Shown: positions 27,672 through 40,899, numbered from the whole stretch's first letter. The stretch: DNA of 63,889 bases, filler included, from Reticulomyxa filosa (GCA_000512085.1; 14 parts of 14 records of this genome joined end to end with filler, not necessarily neighbours in it), one strand, 5' to 3'. A program made the numbers and translations. Notes: generated from the letters alone by a model not told the origin.

Positions 27672-28403
27672 ATGTTAGATTTTGTGAATGCATTTAAACA
27701 TGAAAATGAAGGCACTGTTGTGGAGGCGAAAAACTTGCAAGGATTAGAAGTGCAATTGACGTATCACTTGGGTGGGAGCAACTACAACTACAAAACGGTG
27801 ATATTTGAGAAAGACGACATTGTGGTGGCAGGGAAACATGTTGGCTTGCTGAGGTTTGTCAAAGTAGAGAGGTCCCTCTGTTTTTATTTATTTATTTACA
27901 GTGAGGGCCGAGAAAAGAGAAGAAGATATGAGGACAAAGTGGTGTACGATCGTACTTGACAGATACGTGGGTCCCTTGTCTGCAGAACAAAATTCAAAAG
28001 AGTCATATTATTTCGGATTGGAGTGTTTCGAGCAATTGAAAGAAGATGAAGACATGACAGGTCATTCGCAATACTTTGAAAACAAGTATAGCTACAACAC
28101 TGGTGTCTTGGTACCTTGCACCGAGTTTAAGTGTAAATTGACCTGTTATGATGTGATTCGATGGTTTGTTACCAATAGTTGGAAATTGAAAAACCAATTA
28201 CGCCAGTTTGTTTATTTATTTATTTATTTTTTTTTGACAGAAACTTATCGAAACAAAAAAAAAAAAAAAAAAAAAGGCATGAGGCAATTATTGCACTATT
28301 GGAACAAAAAAATCAAGATATACAAGCTCGAAAAATATCAGTATCCAGTTCTTCTATTTCCCAGAAGTCTATCATGAGTCATTCTTCCCAACTTTCTCAT
28401 TCC
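27672..28403 (+). CDS. Divergent CAP-Gly-like domain protein, 3'-partial
   Basis: Removing intron 27854-27962 gives VGLLRYVGP...YYFGLE...GHSQYF...GVLVP, which fits the CAP-Gly skeleton. A short coiled coil and a Ser-rich stretch follow a second intron at about 28206-28276. Confidence 0.6.
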
Positions 28404-28482
28404 AGTTTCATCCCCCTTTTTTTTTTTTTTTTTTTCTTTTTCTCTCTCTTTTTCCACTGACTGCTGTTGAAATACGCACACA

Positions 28483-28519
<37 letters not shown>

Positions 28520-28619
28520 NNNNNNNNNNNNNNNNNNNNNNNNNNNNNNNNNNNNNNNNNNNNTTAATTAATTAANNNNNNNNNNNNNNNNNNNNNNNNN
28601 NNNNNNNNNNNNNNNNNNN

Positions 28620-31600
28620 GGCGAACTTGTGACAAGTTAGCGTAAGCCACGAAAAATTGAAGAATCGCAAAAAAGTTTTGCAATGCATATACACTACACA
28701 ATTTGTATTAAAATGTAAACATTTCCTCGTTTGGGGTGAAACTCTTTTGCTTTTTTTTTGTTCGTACGCTTTCACTGTTTTTATTTAGTTTTTTCTTATG
28801 ATGGCTTCTTTTGGTATGTGATTCTGAATTTTTAGATGCGCTCGCGGTTGACCTGTGGATGTTTGTACAATCAAAATGTTTTACTTCAAAAAAAAGTAAT
28901 GTAATTGCATACCTGTGAGAATAAGGTGGGGCCCTTTTTGATCTTTTCTTCTTCTTCTTACTCGTCACAGTCACAGGAACGATTAGCTGAATGCTTGTGT
29001 CTGAAGTTGTGTTAGAGTTTTTCGAAAGTTTTGTCGAAGACGAGATTTCATTTTTTGAATTTCCACATTCAGTGTTGATTTCACTGTTATTTTGACTTTT
29101 TGAAATGGTTTCAAGTCTTTCATTACCTCGAGAAGGGACTATATCTGCTTTACGCAGCGGAACTGCATCGGTGTTATCTTGATCACGGTCAACGTTTTCA
29201 CAAAATGAGCTCTCATTAGTTTTAGAATATTTCAATATTTCAGTAATTTGCTTTTTTTGTTTATCTATTAACTATTTCGATTTTATTTAAATATAAATAA
29301 GCTCAACTTTGTTTCTGCTATTTTGAGAAGCAAAAGAAAAGAAAAGCACAAAACTTGATTCAAGCCGTAGTAAACGGTCAAAATAGTTTGAAAAGTTTCT
29401 ATATTGCCTTTTGGTCCAGAGTCTTTTATTTTATTGTTGTTGATTATATTTTGCACTGATTTACGCAACTGTTTTAATAAATTCATTTGCTCTGTCTGTT
29501 CATTATCTCGGAAATCCTCTTCTAGTCTGGTTTTTTCCCTAAAAGTGGTATCAACACTGTTTCCAGCATCGGGTTTGTTGTATGCCACAAATCGAACTTG
29601 CTTCTTCGTTGGGGTTTGTCTTTCTTGAGACGCATTGACATAAGTTTTTTCTTGGTTCTAACATTTGCAAATTTTATTACAAAGTATGTTTATAACGATC
29701 CAGGTTTTTTAAAAAAAAAAACTATAAAGAACTACTCTTGTTTTTCAAAGCAACTTTGACATTACTGGCCTCTTCATTCTGAAGAGAAGTCTGACTCATC
29801 GTTTGATCAATTAAAGACGCATGATCTCTACACACGTTGAACTGACTAGCTCCATTGACAGAGGTATCGTTCGAAGTCCCTTCCACAAGAACTCCAGACT
29901 GATAACATGTTGGATCATGTTGGGGTGGAGATGAATAATAAAAAGGACGAAAGGCTAAATATCCTGGTCCACATATTGGCGGAGGAGGAGGAAGGAGACG
30001 TGGAGTCGAGAGTGGGGTTATTAGAGAAGTAATGACGTGTGGCTGAGGATTGACATCAGTGGTTGTGTATACGTCCCCACCATTGTGCATCTGTATTTGT
30101 GTAGAAGATGTTATTGTATTAATTTCGGAAACATTTTGGGTATGGATGTCGTGGTGTGGATTTGAAGAAGTCTGCTTGTCGTGTGTATCATTGGATCTCT
30201 TCTCGTCCACTTTTTCATGATCATTATTGGGATTATTTATGTCTATTTTCTTCTCCTCTTTTTCCAGAGTGCTAACGTACGTATCGTTGATCGCATTATC
30301 AACCGACGATGTATCATCGTCACTTATTTGTGCTGACAAAGGGAGTTGTATATTTCGATCCAATGGAAAGCCTACCATTTTTGCCTTTGCAAATGGTGTT
30401 TTCTTTTCCTTTTCTTCATCTGCAATTGGCCTATTATTTTCATTTTCCTTTTTTAAACGATTGGCTTTTTCAATAACAAAATCTATGTGAAATAGCAACA
30501 ATATATAATTGAATCGATTTTTTTTTTTTTTTGCAAAAAAAAATGTATGCTTACAAGTTAACCTTTTAATCTTTGATGGTAAATTTGTTCGAGTTGTTTC
30601 TTGCAATCTTTTTTATTTTGTTCCAATTGTTCCTCAATCCTGGATTGGAGAACTCGCACTTCTTTTTCGATTTTTTTCTTTTGTTGATGCAATCTTTCTG
30701 CAGATAGATTCATATTTTTTAATGCAGCTTCTTTTTCACTCTTGTAGTCATGGAGCGATTTTTCAACATATTTTTGATTGTCATTGACAAACATAGCAAT
30801 CGAACCTTCCATTTTCAACTCCAAACTTTTTTTGTAGTCCTCAAACGCAATCGCATCAACTCCACTCAATTGTATCCCTCCATATTCAATTGACTTTTTC
30901 ATACTTGTGTTGACGATTTTTGGTGTCAATACAATCTATTTTTTTATCACAATAACAAAGAAAATTGGGAAAAAGAAAAAAGGATGATAAACTTTTTTTT
31001 TGTTCTTTTTGTGCATAACTTTATGTTCTGGTATGCTTTGCATTTCGGTTAACATAGTTGGCGAAACGTATATTTTCTCAATGGGTGAATCAGTATGAGG
31101 AAAGTCCTTGGGGGTTTTTTCAAAGTGAAGTACCCGGTCTTGTGATAGTGTCGGAGATATATTGACAGATAAATCTTGGAATGGTTTTGCACTTGTGGAG
31201 TGACAATTAGCTCTGGCTCCAAACTCGTTCAATGGTGCCTCCGTTTGTGAATATTCTTCGTCTCGTGCATTGCCTAGCATCTTGTTATTTATTTATTTAT
31301 TTTTGTATGTGTTTTTGTTGACAGTGGCAGAAGATTAAATTTTCTTTGTGCAAGGAGCCAAGTAATATCTTTTTCAATAAAAAATGAGAGAAAAAAAATA
31401 AAATAACTAACCTGTGGACTACTTTGCATTTTTTGTAAAAATGAACGTGCGGCACAGGAAGATACACTTTTAGTGGAAGAAGCCGGTGTACTTTTTGCCA
31501 AAGAAAACTTGGAGCCAGATACATTTACCTATTTTTGTGCATGAGAAAAGACGGAGAAAGTATTTATTTTTACTATTTTACCCAAAAAAAAAATGCATCA

Positions 31601-31904
31601 TCAATAAATAAAAGACTTGGCAGTGTAGTGTTTGGAGTGCCTCCAACAATTGAGGACATGGCTTAGAGTTCACAATATCGTAAATTGCACTATTTGCTAA
31701 TGTAAGATTAAATATGCTAAAAACACGGCCATTCAAAAATATCCAATTCAAGTACTTTTCCGTTATAGCCTTCGCATCTCTGTTTATCATGCTCCAATCA
31801 ACTTCTTTTAATTTACCTTGGAGAGATTTGTTTCCGATTATGGAATCTGCAACTAACACACCTGAAGAGAGCATTTCTGTTGTAACAGTCTTTAAATCAT
31901 TCAT
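28620..31904 (-). CDS. Large multi-exon hypothetical protein (coiled coil + low complexity), 3'-partial
   Basis: Consecutive minus-strand ORFs separated by GT..AG AT-rich gaps. First in-frame ATG at 31904. No known domain recognised. Confidence 0.6.
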
Positions 31905-32287
31905 TATTAAAATAGATGAACACAAGATTCGAGTCGTGGTTAACACTTTCAATGATTTGGATTTCTATTTTGATGAAACTCAAACATTCATAACTATTTA
32001 CTGTATTTTTTGGTAATTAAATTGCATCAAATTTCGCAGTTATGAAAATTTTTTATTCTTTGGTGAAGTGCTATTTTCTAAAATATTAGTACATTCTGTT
32101 TTTGAAAAGTATTGTGACGAGTGAGCAAACTCACAAACCGGAATAAACATTGTTTATATTTGTAAACATATTTATTCAGTTAATAGCTTAGTTTACAACC
32201 AATGTGCTAACAGCTTTTAAATGAATGATACAAAGTTTTCATTAGAGACTTGGGAAAAACAGTGCAAGAAAAAAAAATAATATATAT

Positions 32288-33907
32288 ATGGGAGCGTATG
32301 AATTTCAATGCTCTTGGGGTTATGCTGGGTTTGGACTAGGTGCAGTATATGGAGTAATAGGCCTAGTAAGTGGGTTGGAACTGATTTGGATGTTATTGCA
32401 GTACAGACATTTTCAGTCATCAACCAAACTAAACACTGACAAAACAAAAAACTGGAAAAATGAAAAGCTTGTGGATAAAAGCAATGAAAGTCAAAATGTA
32501 TTTGTTCCAATCTTTCGAACACAACAATCGCAACAATGGTTTTTAACGATAATATGTATCCAATCATGTTTACGATGTGCATTATTTTTTCTGTTACCAG
32601 CAATTACACACAATTGCAACGACGTGAGTCCATTGTACGTAGATCATCGATTTTATGCAATATTGGAAATTTCTGCTGTATTTTTATTTCAATTTGCATT
32701 TTCTTGTTTAGCATATCAATTTTTGTTATTTTATTATTCTATTGTAGTTAAGTCATTTTCTTCAAAAAAAAAAAAGAACCTTTCTTCTTTATTGCACACA
32801 TACAACGTTTTTGTAACATGCAACACCAAAATTTTGCCTTGTCAGCAAAAAAAAATAAAAAAAAATGGAAATACGTATTTTTTTTATGTTGTTTCCAAAA
32901 TGAAAGAGTTGTTTGTCGCCGACGAGATATAAGACATTTCCACGTGGCCAAGAAAATGAAAATCATAACAAATGGTTGACATTACATTCGTATGTAAACC
33001 AACAGATCAAATGTCATAGCATTGCGATTTATCTGCTGAACATTGTGAGTTCAATAGTGGTTATTCTTTATTTGAGTTTGGAGAGTATTGGAAAAAGTCT
33101 TTATGGTCATCGATCGTAAGTTGTTCTTATATATATATACAAAATAAGAAGTTTGAACCAATAATGTTAAATATGAAATAGGGAAGCAATATTTCGTCGT
33201 GTGCCGGTGTTGTCATTTGTGATATCTTGTTTGTTATTGGCATGCATTTATGGACGCTTTGTGATCCCCGTGTTTCTGATCTATCGACGTATAATGAAGC
33301 AGCAACAACAGAATGATCAAGCAAAGGCAGTGATGATGATGATGGGCAATTATTATTGTCAACAACAACAACAACAACAAAGGAATAATCTCCTTCCATC
33401 TCGTACAACATCTAAATCAAACTCCAAATACAAACGCGACAAAGCAATGAAAAGCAAACGAATTGATGATCACAATGGAAGCACCGTTGGATTGATATAT
33501 CCGTCGATAACGTGCGTCGTTCTGCCGAATAAGCTAAAAGACGACACTCCGACATACTGTGAGCCTCCGTCGTTGCCTGTGTCCACCAGCACCGCACCGA
33601 CTTCAAGCCAAACGCCAAGTCCGAGGAGTTTTTGTCATTCGTCCACCGATCCATCCCAATGTCAATCAAGTTACTTTTTAAAAAAGGATTATATATATGT
33701 ATATGTATATGTACATATATGTATACATATACATATATATATAAAAGAAGAAGAAAAAGATTTGGATGTGGAATCAAATGCCAAACTACTGAAAATAACA
33801 GAAACTCGGAAGAAGAAACGAGTGTATTCGGATGCCTGCATGCAGCAACATGCGAAGCAGAAGTGGCGAGCTGCTTCGTGGTCTTGTTCGTGTTCGCAAT
33901 CGCAATC
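32288..33907 (+). CDS. Multi-pass membrane protein, TOM1/THH1/GPR137-like, 3'-partial
   Basis: Hydrophobic helices GAVYGVIGLVSGLELI, WFLTIICIQSCLRCALFFLLP, ILEISAVFLFQFAFSCLAYQFLLFYY, IYLLNIVSSIVVILYL and VLSFVISCLLLACIYGRF. The pattern resembles the THH1/TOM1 domain. Confidence 0.55.
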
Positions 33908-34469
33908 NNNNNNNNNNNNNNNNNNNNNNNNNNNNNNNNNNNNNNNNNNNNTTAATTAATTAANNNNNNNNNNNNNNNNNNNNNNNNNNNNNNNNNNNNN
34001 NNNNNNNTTGCAATGGGGGTTGATGTTATTTCAATTTTTTTTAAGTAAATAGCTGATCTTAAATTGAATAAAAAGTAATATTTTTCCAGAAAATTATACT
34101 TCAATACAAAATGAAAGCTTTTCCTTTCTCTCAAAAACACTACAAATCGCAGTATTTTGTTTCTCATTTAAAAAAATTAAGAAGAAACATTGATATCTCA
34201 AATATACAATCTGTCGTTTGAAAAATGTAATATCGATCAAATGGAAACAATCAATCCAAAAATAATAAATTATTCAACTTGACAATATTTTAGTTTTAAC
34301 AAACTCTAAAAGACTCTTAAAAATATTCTTATTCTAAGAGAGGACGAAAAAGAAAGTGAAAATGAAAAAACAGGCGAAAGATCACTATATATGAAGCTGC
34401 AAGAGAAACAAAGAAATAAAGAAAAAGATTTATGCAAGCGAAACTTCAGAAGCAAAAAAAAAAAAAATG

Positions 34470-34740
34470 AAAATCACAAACATAAACCCATTGCTTGATG
34501 ACCCATTTGAGGATCGAAATTCCATTTCACCTCATTGAAAAGGTACTTCAATTGGCCGTAGATTGATAGGCCCCGAGATGTTCATCAGTACTCATATTGA
34601 ACTCCACATCTTTGAAGAGATGGTATCCTTGCACCAATTACAATGTCTTCAGAAAAGATAAGCCACTAACGTCGACAAACTGTCAGGCCACGTCAGCGAA
34701 ATGAATAGAAGGGTAAGCATGTAAGTGAGTAAAGCGTTAG
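34470..34740 (-). pseudogene. Decayed coding fragment, family unknown
   Basis: Locally GC-richer island giving interrupted peptides (VQGYHLFKDVEFNMSTDEHLGAYQ / YGQLKYLFNEVKWNFDPQMGHQAMG). Confidence 0.3.
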
Positions 34741-36684
34741 CGAGTTGTGCAAATATCTCAACTTCTTTAATGTGTATAATAGAAGAAAGATTATCATGCA
34801 CAAGCATAAAGGGGGAGAGGAGATGGAAAAAAGTTCGTCAAATAACAATTGTGTATGTATGGAAACATAAATAAGTAATATATGAATAAATAAAAATTGG
34901 AAAATCAATTATTTTTGATTTGATATGGTACAAACGAGTTAAACAAACACAGCGAAATGGGTTCTGAGAAGAAAAAGTTTTTTTTGATATTGGGTCAATG
35001 ATCTTTTAAAGTGCGGACAACATTAAATATCCAACAAAAAAAAAAAGATGAAAAAAGGTGTGTCATTGTGGTGGGTGTTATGGTGTGGTATTGGTAACGA
35101 CTGGCGTTGTGAACGCATGTCCGCTGGATGACTCTTGCATTAATGCAAAACTGTTCGACAGAAGACTGAGTGTGTGACGATACCAGTAAATGAACACAAC
35201 ATGGATGCACACAGCGAGGAGTTGTTAGTAGAGAATAAATTGAAAGTGTTGACGAATGTAACCACACCCACATCTCGCGAGTGTTCTACAACAACAACGC
35301 ATTGACTTATGATTGTGACATTGATACATTACATTTTCGCATACGTTGTTTGAACTATGTTAACTTACTGTTTATTCTTTATTTCATAATATTTTTCAAT
35401 CAGTTGAGCCACATTAAAAAATAGATCATGTTTTGCTATCTTTTCACTTTTTTGTTATTTTTAAAAAGAAAAGGATTATTTGTTTTCTCAAGTAACATTA
35501 TTCATTACAAAAGTTTGGTGAGATAAAAAAAAAAAAATAAATGCATAAACGAACTCTCCAAGAAGGAAACATTTGGAGGCAAAAGATATTTTCAACTGCG
35601 AGATAGAGAGGAATGCAAAAAAAGATTATTAAAAAATAACAATATTGAAAACAACAACAAATTACTACAATAAGGCTAAACAGAAACAAAAATATATGGA
35701 AGAACTAAATGTGTTCTTGTTGTATCATATTTCATCACCGAAGTTGGACGAACAATATTGCACAATTTTGTATATTGTCGTAATGCTGTTTTTCATTTCG
35801 GGTTGCTTGCATGCATTCCAAGTCCATAATACGTGAATTTGGTTTGCTTCTATTGATGTGGCAGCAACATGCTTTAAAATACAGATTAAATTTCATGATG
35901 ACGATGATGATGATACAATCCAAAGCACCTTTNNNNNNNNNNNNNNNNNNNNNNNNNNNNNNNNNNNNNNNNNNNNTTAATTAATTAANNNNNNNNNNNN
36001 NNNNNNNNNNNNNNNNNNNNNNNNNNNNNNNNCACAGTCTGCCTTTCATATTGCAAAAAAAAAAAGAGTAACCAGTATTATTTTGTGGATTATCATGGCA
36101 AATCCAACAAACACTTCTTTTTATAAAAAACGTAAATGTTTTATTGGACTCAGAAGTAGAGTAAGCACGAGCAGCAATGTCGATGCTTACAAAACAATCA
36201 GATTTCGGAAAAAGTGTTGTTGTCAAAAGACAAGTGAAAATATTCGAACTATGATGTACTTTAGATTTCGTCAGATAAAACTCTTCATATATATCAGTAT
36301 TTACTCCACCTTCCATCTTGCAAGCGTAACTTATTAATAATGCTCCAAAACATGACCATGCTAAATTATTCCAACAACAAATTTTGTTATTGAATTTTCA
36401 TTTAATAGTTGTCAATCAATATTTCGGCAACAAAATAATCAAAATGACAAAAATCAATATCGAATACCTACAAAAAAGGTAAATCTTAAAAATTGTTTTA
36501 AAAAAGTGGCAAATTTCATGACTACGAGAAAACACAATTGTTAACTTTTTTTAAGAAATTTTACCAAATCAAATGAAAGATTAAAATTTTTGAAAAAATT
36601 TGAAATACTTAATAAAAAACCAAAATGATATTTAAACACTACAAGATTCGTAGCTATTTTTTTAAATAAAAAAAATTTTGATTG

Positions 36685-36766
36685 AATGTTGTTTTTTCAT
36701 GGAGAAACATAATCATTTCTATAAGGTGGCATTTTAGGTGTCAACTTTCTTTTTTATCTTAATGTA
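36685..36766 (-). mobile_element. Terminal repeat of the MITE-like family (right end)
   Basis: ATAAGGTGGCATTTTAGGTGTCAACTTTCT matches ATAAGGTGCCATTTTAGGTATCAACTTTCT near 61290-61320 and the 49.5-49.9 kb inverted repeats. Confidence 0.65.
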
Positions 36767-37457
36767 TTTATGATTCATTTCGATTATATAAATCTAGTTT
36801 TGCATATATAATACAGAAAAATTAGCACATAATAGTTATGTATTTCTTTTTAAGTTAAAGTTATTTAAAAAAATAAAAAACAGTGAACATACAATAAATA
36901 TTGTGAGAAAATAAATACATGACAATTATCTTTGAATGAAAATCAACTTACTATCGTTTACTGAACCAACAACCGATTTTCAATTAATATCTAGCAAGAT
37001 TATGAACGAAATTGTTGTTCATTTGTTACATCTGATCTAACACTGATTACGTAGTGTATACTTCTTTATACCGAGATTTCTTATTTCGTCATTCAGACTT
37101 TTTTCAAATGAGCTTTTTTTCGAAAGACAATAATTCCCCCTATTTTTTTTTCACAGTTTGTTGTATATCCAGATTGAAGTCACTTAAATTCAAACTTTGA
37201 TCAATGATGTAGATTTTTAAATTTGAAAAACCATATCAATAAAAAACCTTTCATATCGAACTTATTAAAATCGAAAAATGTTGGACAAAAAAAATTGATG
37301 AAGAATCTTTATTGAAACTATCACATAAAAACAAAGCACACTAAATATATTGCATCGCTATTTGTGACATAAAAAGCAACCAAGTAAAAAAAAAAACGAT
37401 AAACAAACAAATAAAAAGCATATACACTTGTATTTTTATGTATTTTTCTTTTTTTGT

Positions 37458-38765
37458 TCACAACCGAGTGGAATCTTGCCTTTTGAAGGTCGGGGACATG
37501 TCTCCCTTAGCATTGGAAATGTGATCGAAAGTATAATCCGTACTCGCAAGGCTCTGCTCCACATCTCGGCCTGGGGATAGAGGGATAGCAATTTTGTTAT
37601 TATGTAGTGATGTGGTTTGCAAGGAGTGTGAGACTAAAGAACGGAGCTGCAACGTACACATCCTCCATGCAATAATCCTTTCGACCATGGAGGTGCAAAT
37701 TTTTAAATAATCGAGGTACTTGGACATGTGTTCGAAATCAGTACATTGTTGATTGAAGGAGTTATTATTGATGAGACAAGGAGTGAGGACAATGCTCATA
37801 TTAGTGCATCCCATAAGAGTGTGTTGAGAAGATTGAGCGATGACAGCAGATAAATCGCAAAGCCAAAGTGTTAGTTCACGATGAATATCGCTGTGAATCT
37901 CTTGAAATACAATTTGCTTGCACAAAGAGTCATAACAAGGACTGGCATTGACATCGACGTTTTCTTTAATGTCACTTTCACTACTCACAGCACAAGTAAT
38001 ATGCTTATGGCCATTCGATGTCGTACATGAAGAGAGCAACGCTCGTAAAGTACTATGTGTCCGCAACCAATCATCGATATTGTTACAATCAAACACATTC
38101 AATTGCATTTCGTTAAAGTAAATTTTTATCAATTGTGCATACACATCTGAATCTACGTCTTGAATCACATTGGTTATTTTCAATGACGAATAATTCAGTT
38201 CTCTCAAACTCGCTGTCGCACCACTGTCATGTCCACTTCCATTCTGATTGGTTGATCTTTGCTCGTGCGTATACTTGTAAAAATAGTCTTTTGCTTTTTT
38301 TACATCCAATGCATTCGCTGTGCGGCGAAATATCCCCATTTGATGCAAACCATCATGTACATTCAACATTTGGTCTTTGTAATGCTCCAGCAACGGTGGT
38401 ACCGTAAATTTGCTGTATGTGCAAATTATCTTGATTATGTCATCCGGAAATATTTGATAGATGTCTATTGCACTCTCTTTCCCCTTTCTCTCTATCTTTG
38501 TCATCGTCGTTCGAAGCCAGTGATTCAATATCAACTCTCGATTTTCGTGTTGCAATTTCGAGTCTATTATCAAATCATTTGCTGTTAAGGCCTTTTCTTC
38601 TTCCGCCACTTGCGACCTACGCTTTTCGTCTTTGTGGTTATCTTCCATTTTTTTTAGAGTACCATGATGAGTAGCGCTAAGGCTATTCTGTCGGGCTAAG
38701 CTGGATAGCTTTTTTATCAGGATGCAGCTTTTACCTGGCCAGCAGCTGCAACAACATGAACCCAT
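37458..38765 (-). CDS. RhoGAP-domain protein with N-terminal acylation motif, single exon
   Basis: GLHQMGIFRR (arginine finger), AQLIKIYFNEM and LMGCTNMSIVLTPCL are RhoGAP blocks. Starts MGSCCCSC. Confidence 0.85.
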   Translation of the reverse strand: MGSCCCSCWPGKSCILIKKLSSLARQNSLSATHHGTLKKMEDNHKDEKRRSQVAEEEKALTANDLIIDSKLQHENRELILNHWLRTTMTKIERKGKESAIDIYQIFPDDIIKIICTYSKFTVPPLLEHYKDQMLNVHDGLHQMGIFRRTANALDVKKAKDYFYKYTHEQRSTNQNGSGHDSGATASLRELNYSSLKITNVIQDVDSDVYAQLIKIYFNEMQLNVFDCNNIDDWLRTHSTLRALLSSCTTSNGHKHITCAVSSESDIKENVDVNASPCYDSLCKQIVFQEIHSDIHRELTLWLCDLSAVIAQSSQHTLMGCTNMSIVLTPCLINNNSFNQQCTDFEHMSKYLDYLKICTSMVERIIAWRMCTLQLRSLVSHSLQTTSLHNNKIAIPLSPGRDVEQSLASTDYTFDHISNAKGDMSPTFKRQDSTRL

Positions 38766-39180
38766 TTTTTAAAAAAAAAATTTTACACGTCCCTTTTACG
38801 CCTTTCTGAAAATCTGACAAACCATCAAGTTCAAATTTAAAAAATGTGCAAGCGTCCTTTTCAGTTTATCCTTATTATTCCAATTTTAATACAAATAATT
38901 GGATGAACCAAAAAACACACGAAATTGAGATCATGAATACGCTTTTCTTGTATGTGCACATATTGGTACGACTCAAAACCAGTATGTGTTTTAATGTAAA
39001 AAAATTAGAACACTTGCAAGATTAGAGATAAGAGTAGTTTGTACACCAACCCTTTATATCTAATTTTTAATTTGTTTGTTTGTTTTTTAAACATTTGGAT
39101 GAAGTCTTTAATTGTAGTATGATTGTGAATAGTGAGTAGCGCATTGTGTAAAAAAAAGTAAAAAGTGTTTTTTGAAAATG

Positions 39181-39731
39181 TCAGTCCGTGACAAGAGAAG
39201 ACAAAGCACCATCATTGGAATCGGCATATTGTTCTGAGGTTTGCAGAGGATGTTGATCTGGTGTGGGAGTGTCCCCGCTGATATCAACCACGGAAACGAC
39301 AGACGTTTGCGATAGCGCTAGGGCCTCATCGGCACTTTCGCTCTCAGAAACAAACGCATTTGTTTTCTCTTCGACCTTTACTTCAGTATCGTCGATCATG
39401 AAAGGATTGGGAGTTAATTCATCCAATCCCTTTTCAAAATTCCGAACAACGAACCGAAACAGACTCGGTTCACGACCTTTGGCAGTGATTATCCAAATGT
39501 CTTTGTCTTTGTCTTTGTCTTTGTCCTTTTCGCCACTGTCATCTTTCCCGGAAGACGACGCTATATTTTGTTGATACCACTCACAATAGTCAATAGTCCA
39601 TTTCCATAAACCATGAACTTTGAAATCATTTTTCTGGCATATCTTCACAAATGATTCTATATACTTGCATTTGACATCGCCAAATGCATAATATTTCAGC
39701 TTGCGTTTCTTATAATCTTGGTTTTCTTTGG

Positions 39732-39810
<79 letters not shown>

Positions 39811-39821
39811 GTTCTATTATT
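39181..39821 (-). CDS. C-terminal part of a hypothetical protein with poly-Asn and (KD)n, 5'-truncated
   Basis: The frame of ORF 39181-39648 stays open upstream through NAKENQDYKKRKLKYYAFG and the AAT tract to the contig end. Confidence 0.6.
39733..39810. repeat. (ATT)26 microsatellite, encoding poly-Asn on the minus strand
   Basis: Seen directly. Confidence 0.92.
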
Positions 39822-40239
39822 NNNNNNNNNNNNNNNNNNNNNNNNNNNNNNNNNNNNNNNNNNNNTTAATTAATTAANNNNNNNNNNNNNNNNNNNNNNN
39901 NNNNNNNNNNNNNNNNNNNNNTTTTTTTTATATAATTGACGCTGTTTGTTTTTTCATTAACAGCCTCAACCTGTATGTTAAAAAAAATGTATACGTTCCA
40001 CTCCCAACTACACACAAAGAACAATTTGGGGTTGAAGCCACCCAGCGGCGGAAAGAAAATGAAAGAGTTTGTATCTTTTATTTATTTATTTATTTTTTTT
40101 TTTATCAAATGTTTGTTTGCTTGTCAATAGGCATGCCCCCATCAACAAAAAATTTTATCTACACTCACCACACAAAAGAAAAAATATGTATACAAATTGG
40201 AATTAGAGCTTTTAGCTCCGTTTCAAATGTGTTATTGTT

Positions 40240-40515
40240 TGTTTTTTTTAAATGAAAAAAGGGGGAAATAAATGAGAAAAATTTGGAAAATAAATTGGGG
40301 AAAAATTGATTTTGAAAAATTTTTATTTAAGAAAATTGAAGAAAATAAAAAAATGAAGGAAAAAAATGTAAAAAATAAAAAAAATGTTGAAAAATTTAAA
40401 AGAAAAAGAAAATAAAATAAAGAAGATAATGAAAAAAAAGTAAAAAAAAATTCAAAAGAGAAAAAAAAAGATAGAAAAAAAAGCGAAAAAAGAAAAAAGA
40501 AAGAAAAAAAAAAAG
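40240..40515. repeat. Low-complexity A/G-rich tract almost devoid of C
   Basis: About 275 nt of A-runs punctuated by G and T. Confidence 0.7.
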
Positions 40516-40899
40516 TCATATCATGTTGGCTTTGTTTGAAAGAAAAAAAAACAACCAGTTGGCAGAGAAATTATTGTATTTTCTATCTCCGTCACTGCAA
40601 GGGCTGTGTGACTTGCGTTCGTCAAAAGAGCGTACGTGATTTTTGCTGAACTGTCTCCGATATCGATTATTGACTACTGGCAACGTGTTGAACGGCACTC
40701 AAGAAAGAAAACAAGAAGAATGTAGCGAATATGTCAAAAAAAAGGAAATAAAAATGATATCTTCACTTATCGGATTGTCAATCCAAAAATTGTTGAATAG
40801 ATGTATTGATTGATGCAAGATTTCTAATAACAACAGTCATCCAAGGCCAAAGTGTGTATATCATTACAAGTATGACAATAGCAAATGAATTTGGTATTT

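Noticed and set aside
9431-28460. Poly-Lys or poly-Phe peptides at ORF ends
   Set aside because: They are intronic A/T runs read through by the ORF caller.
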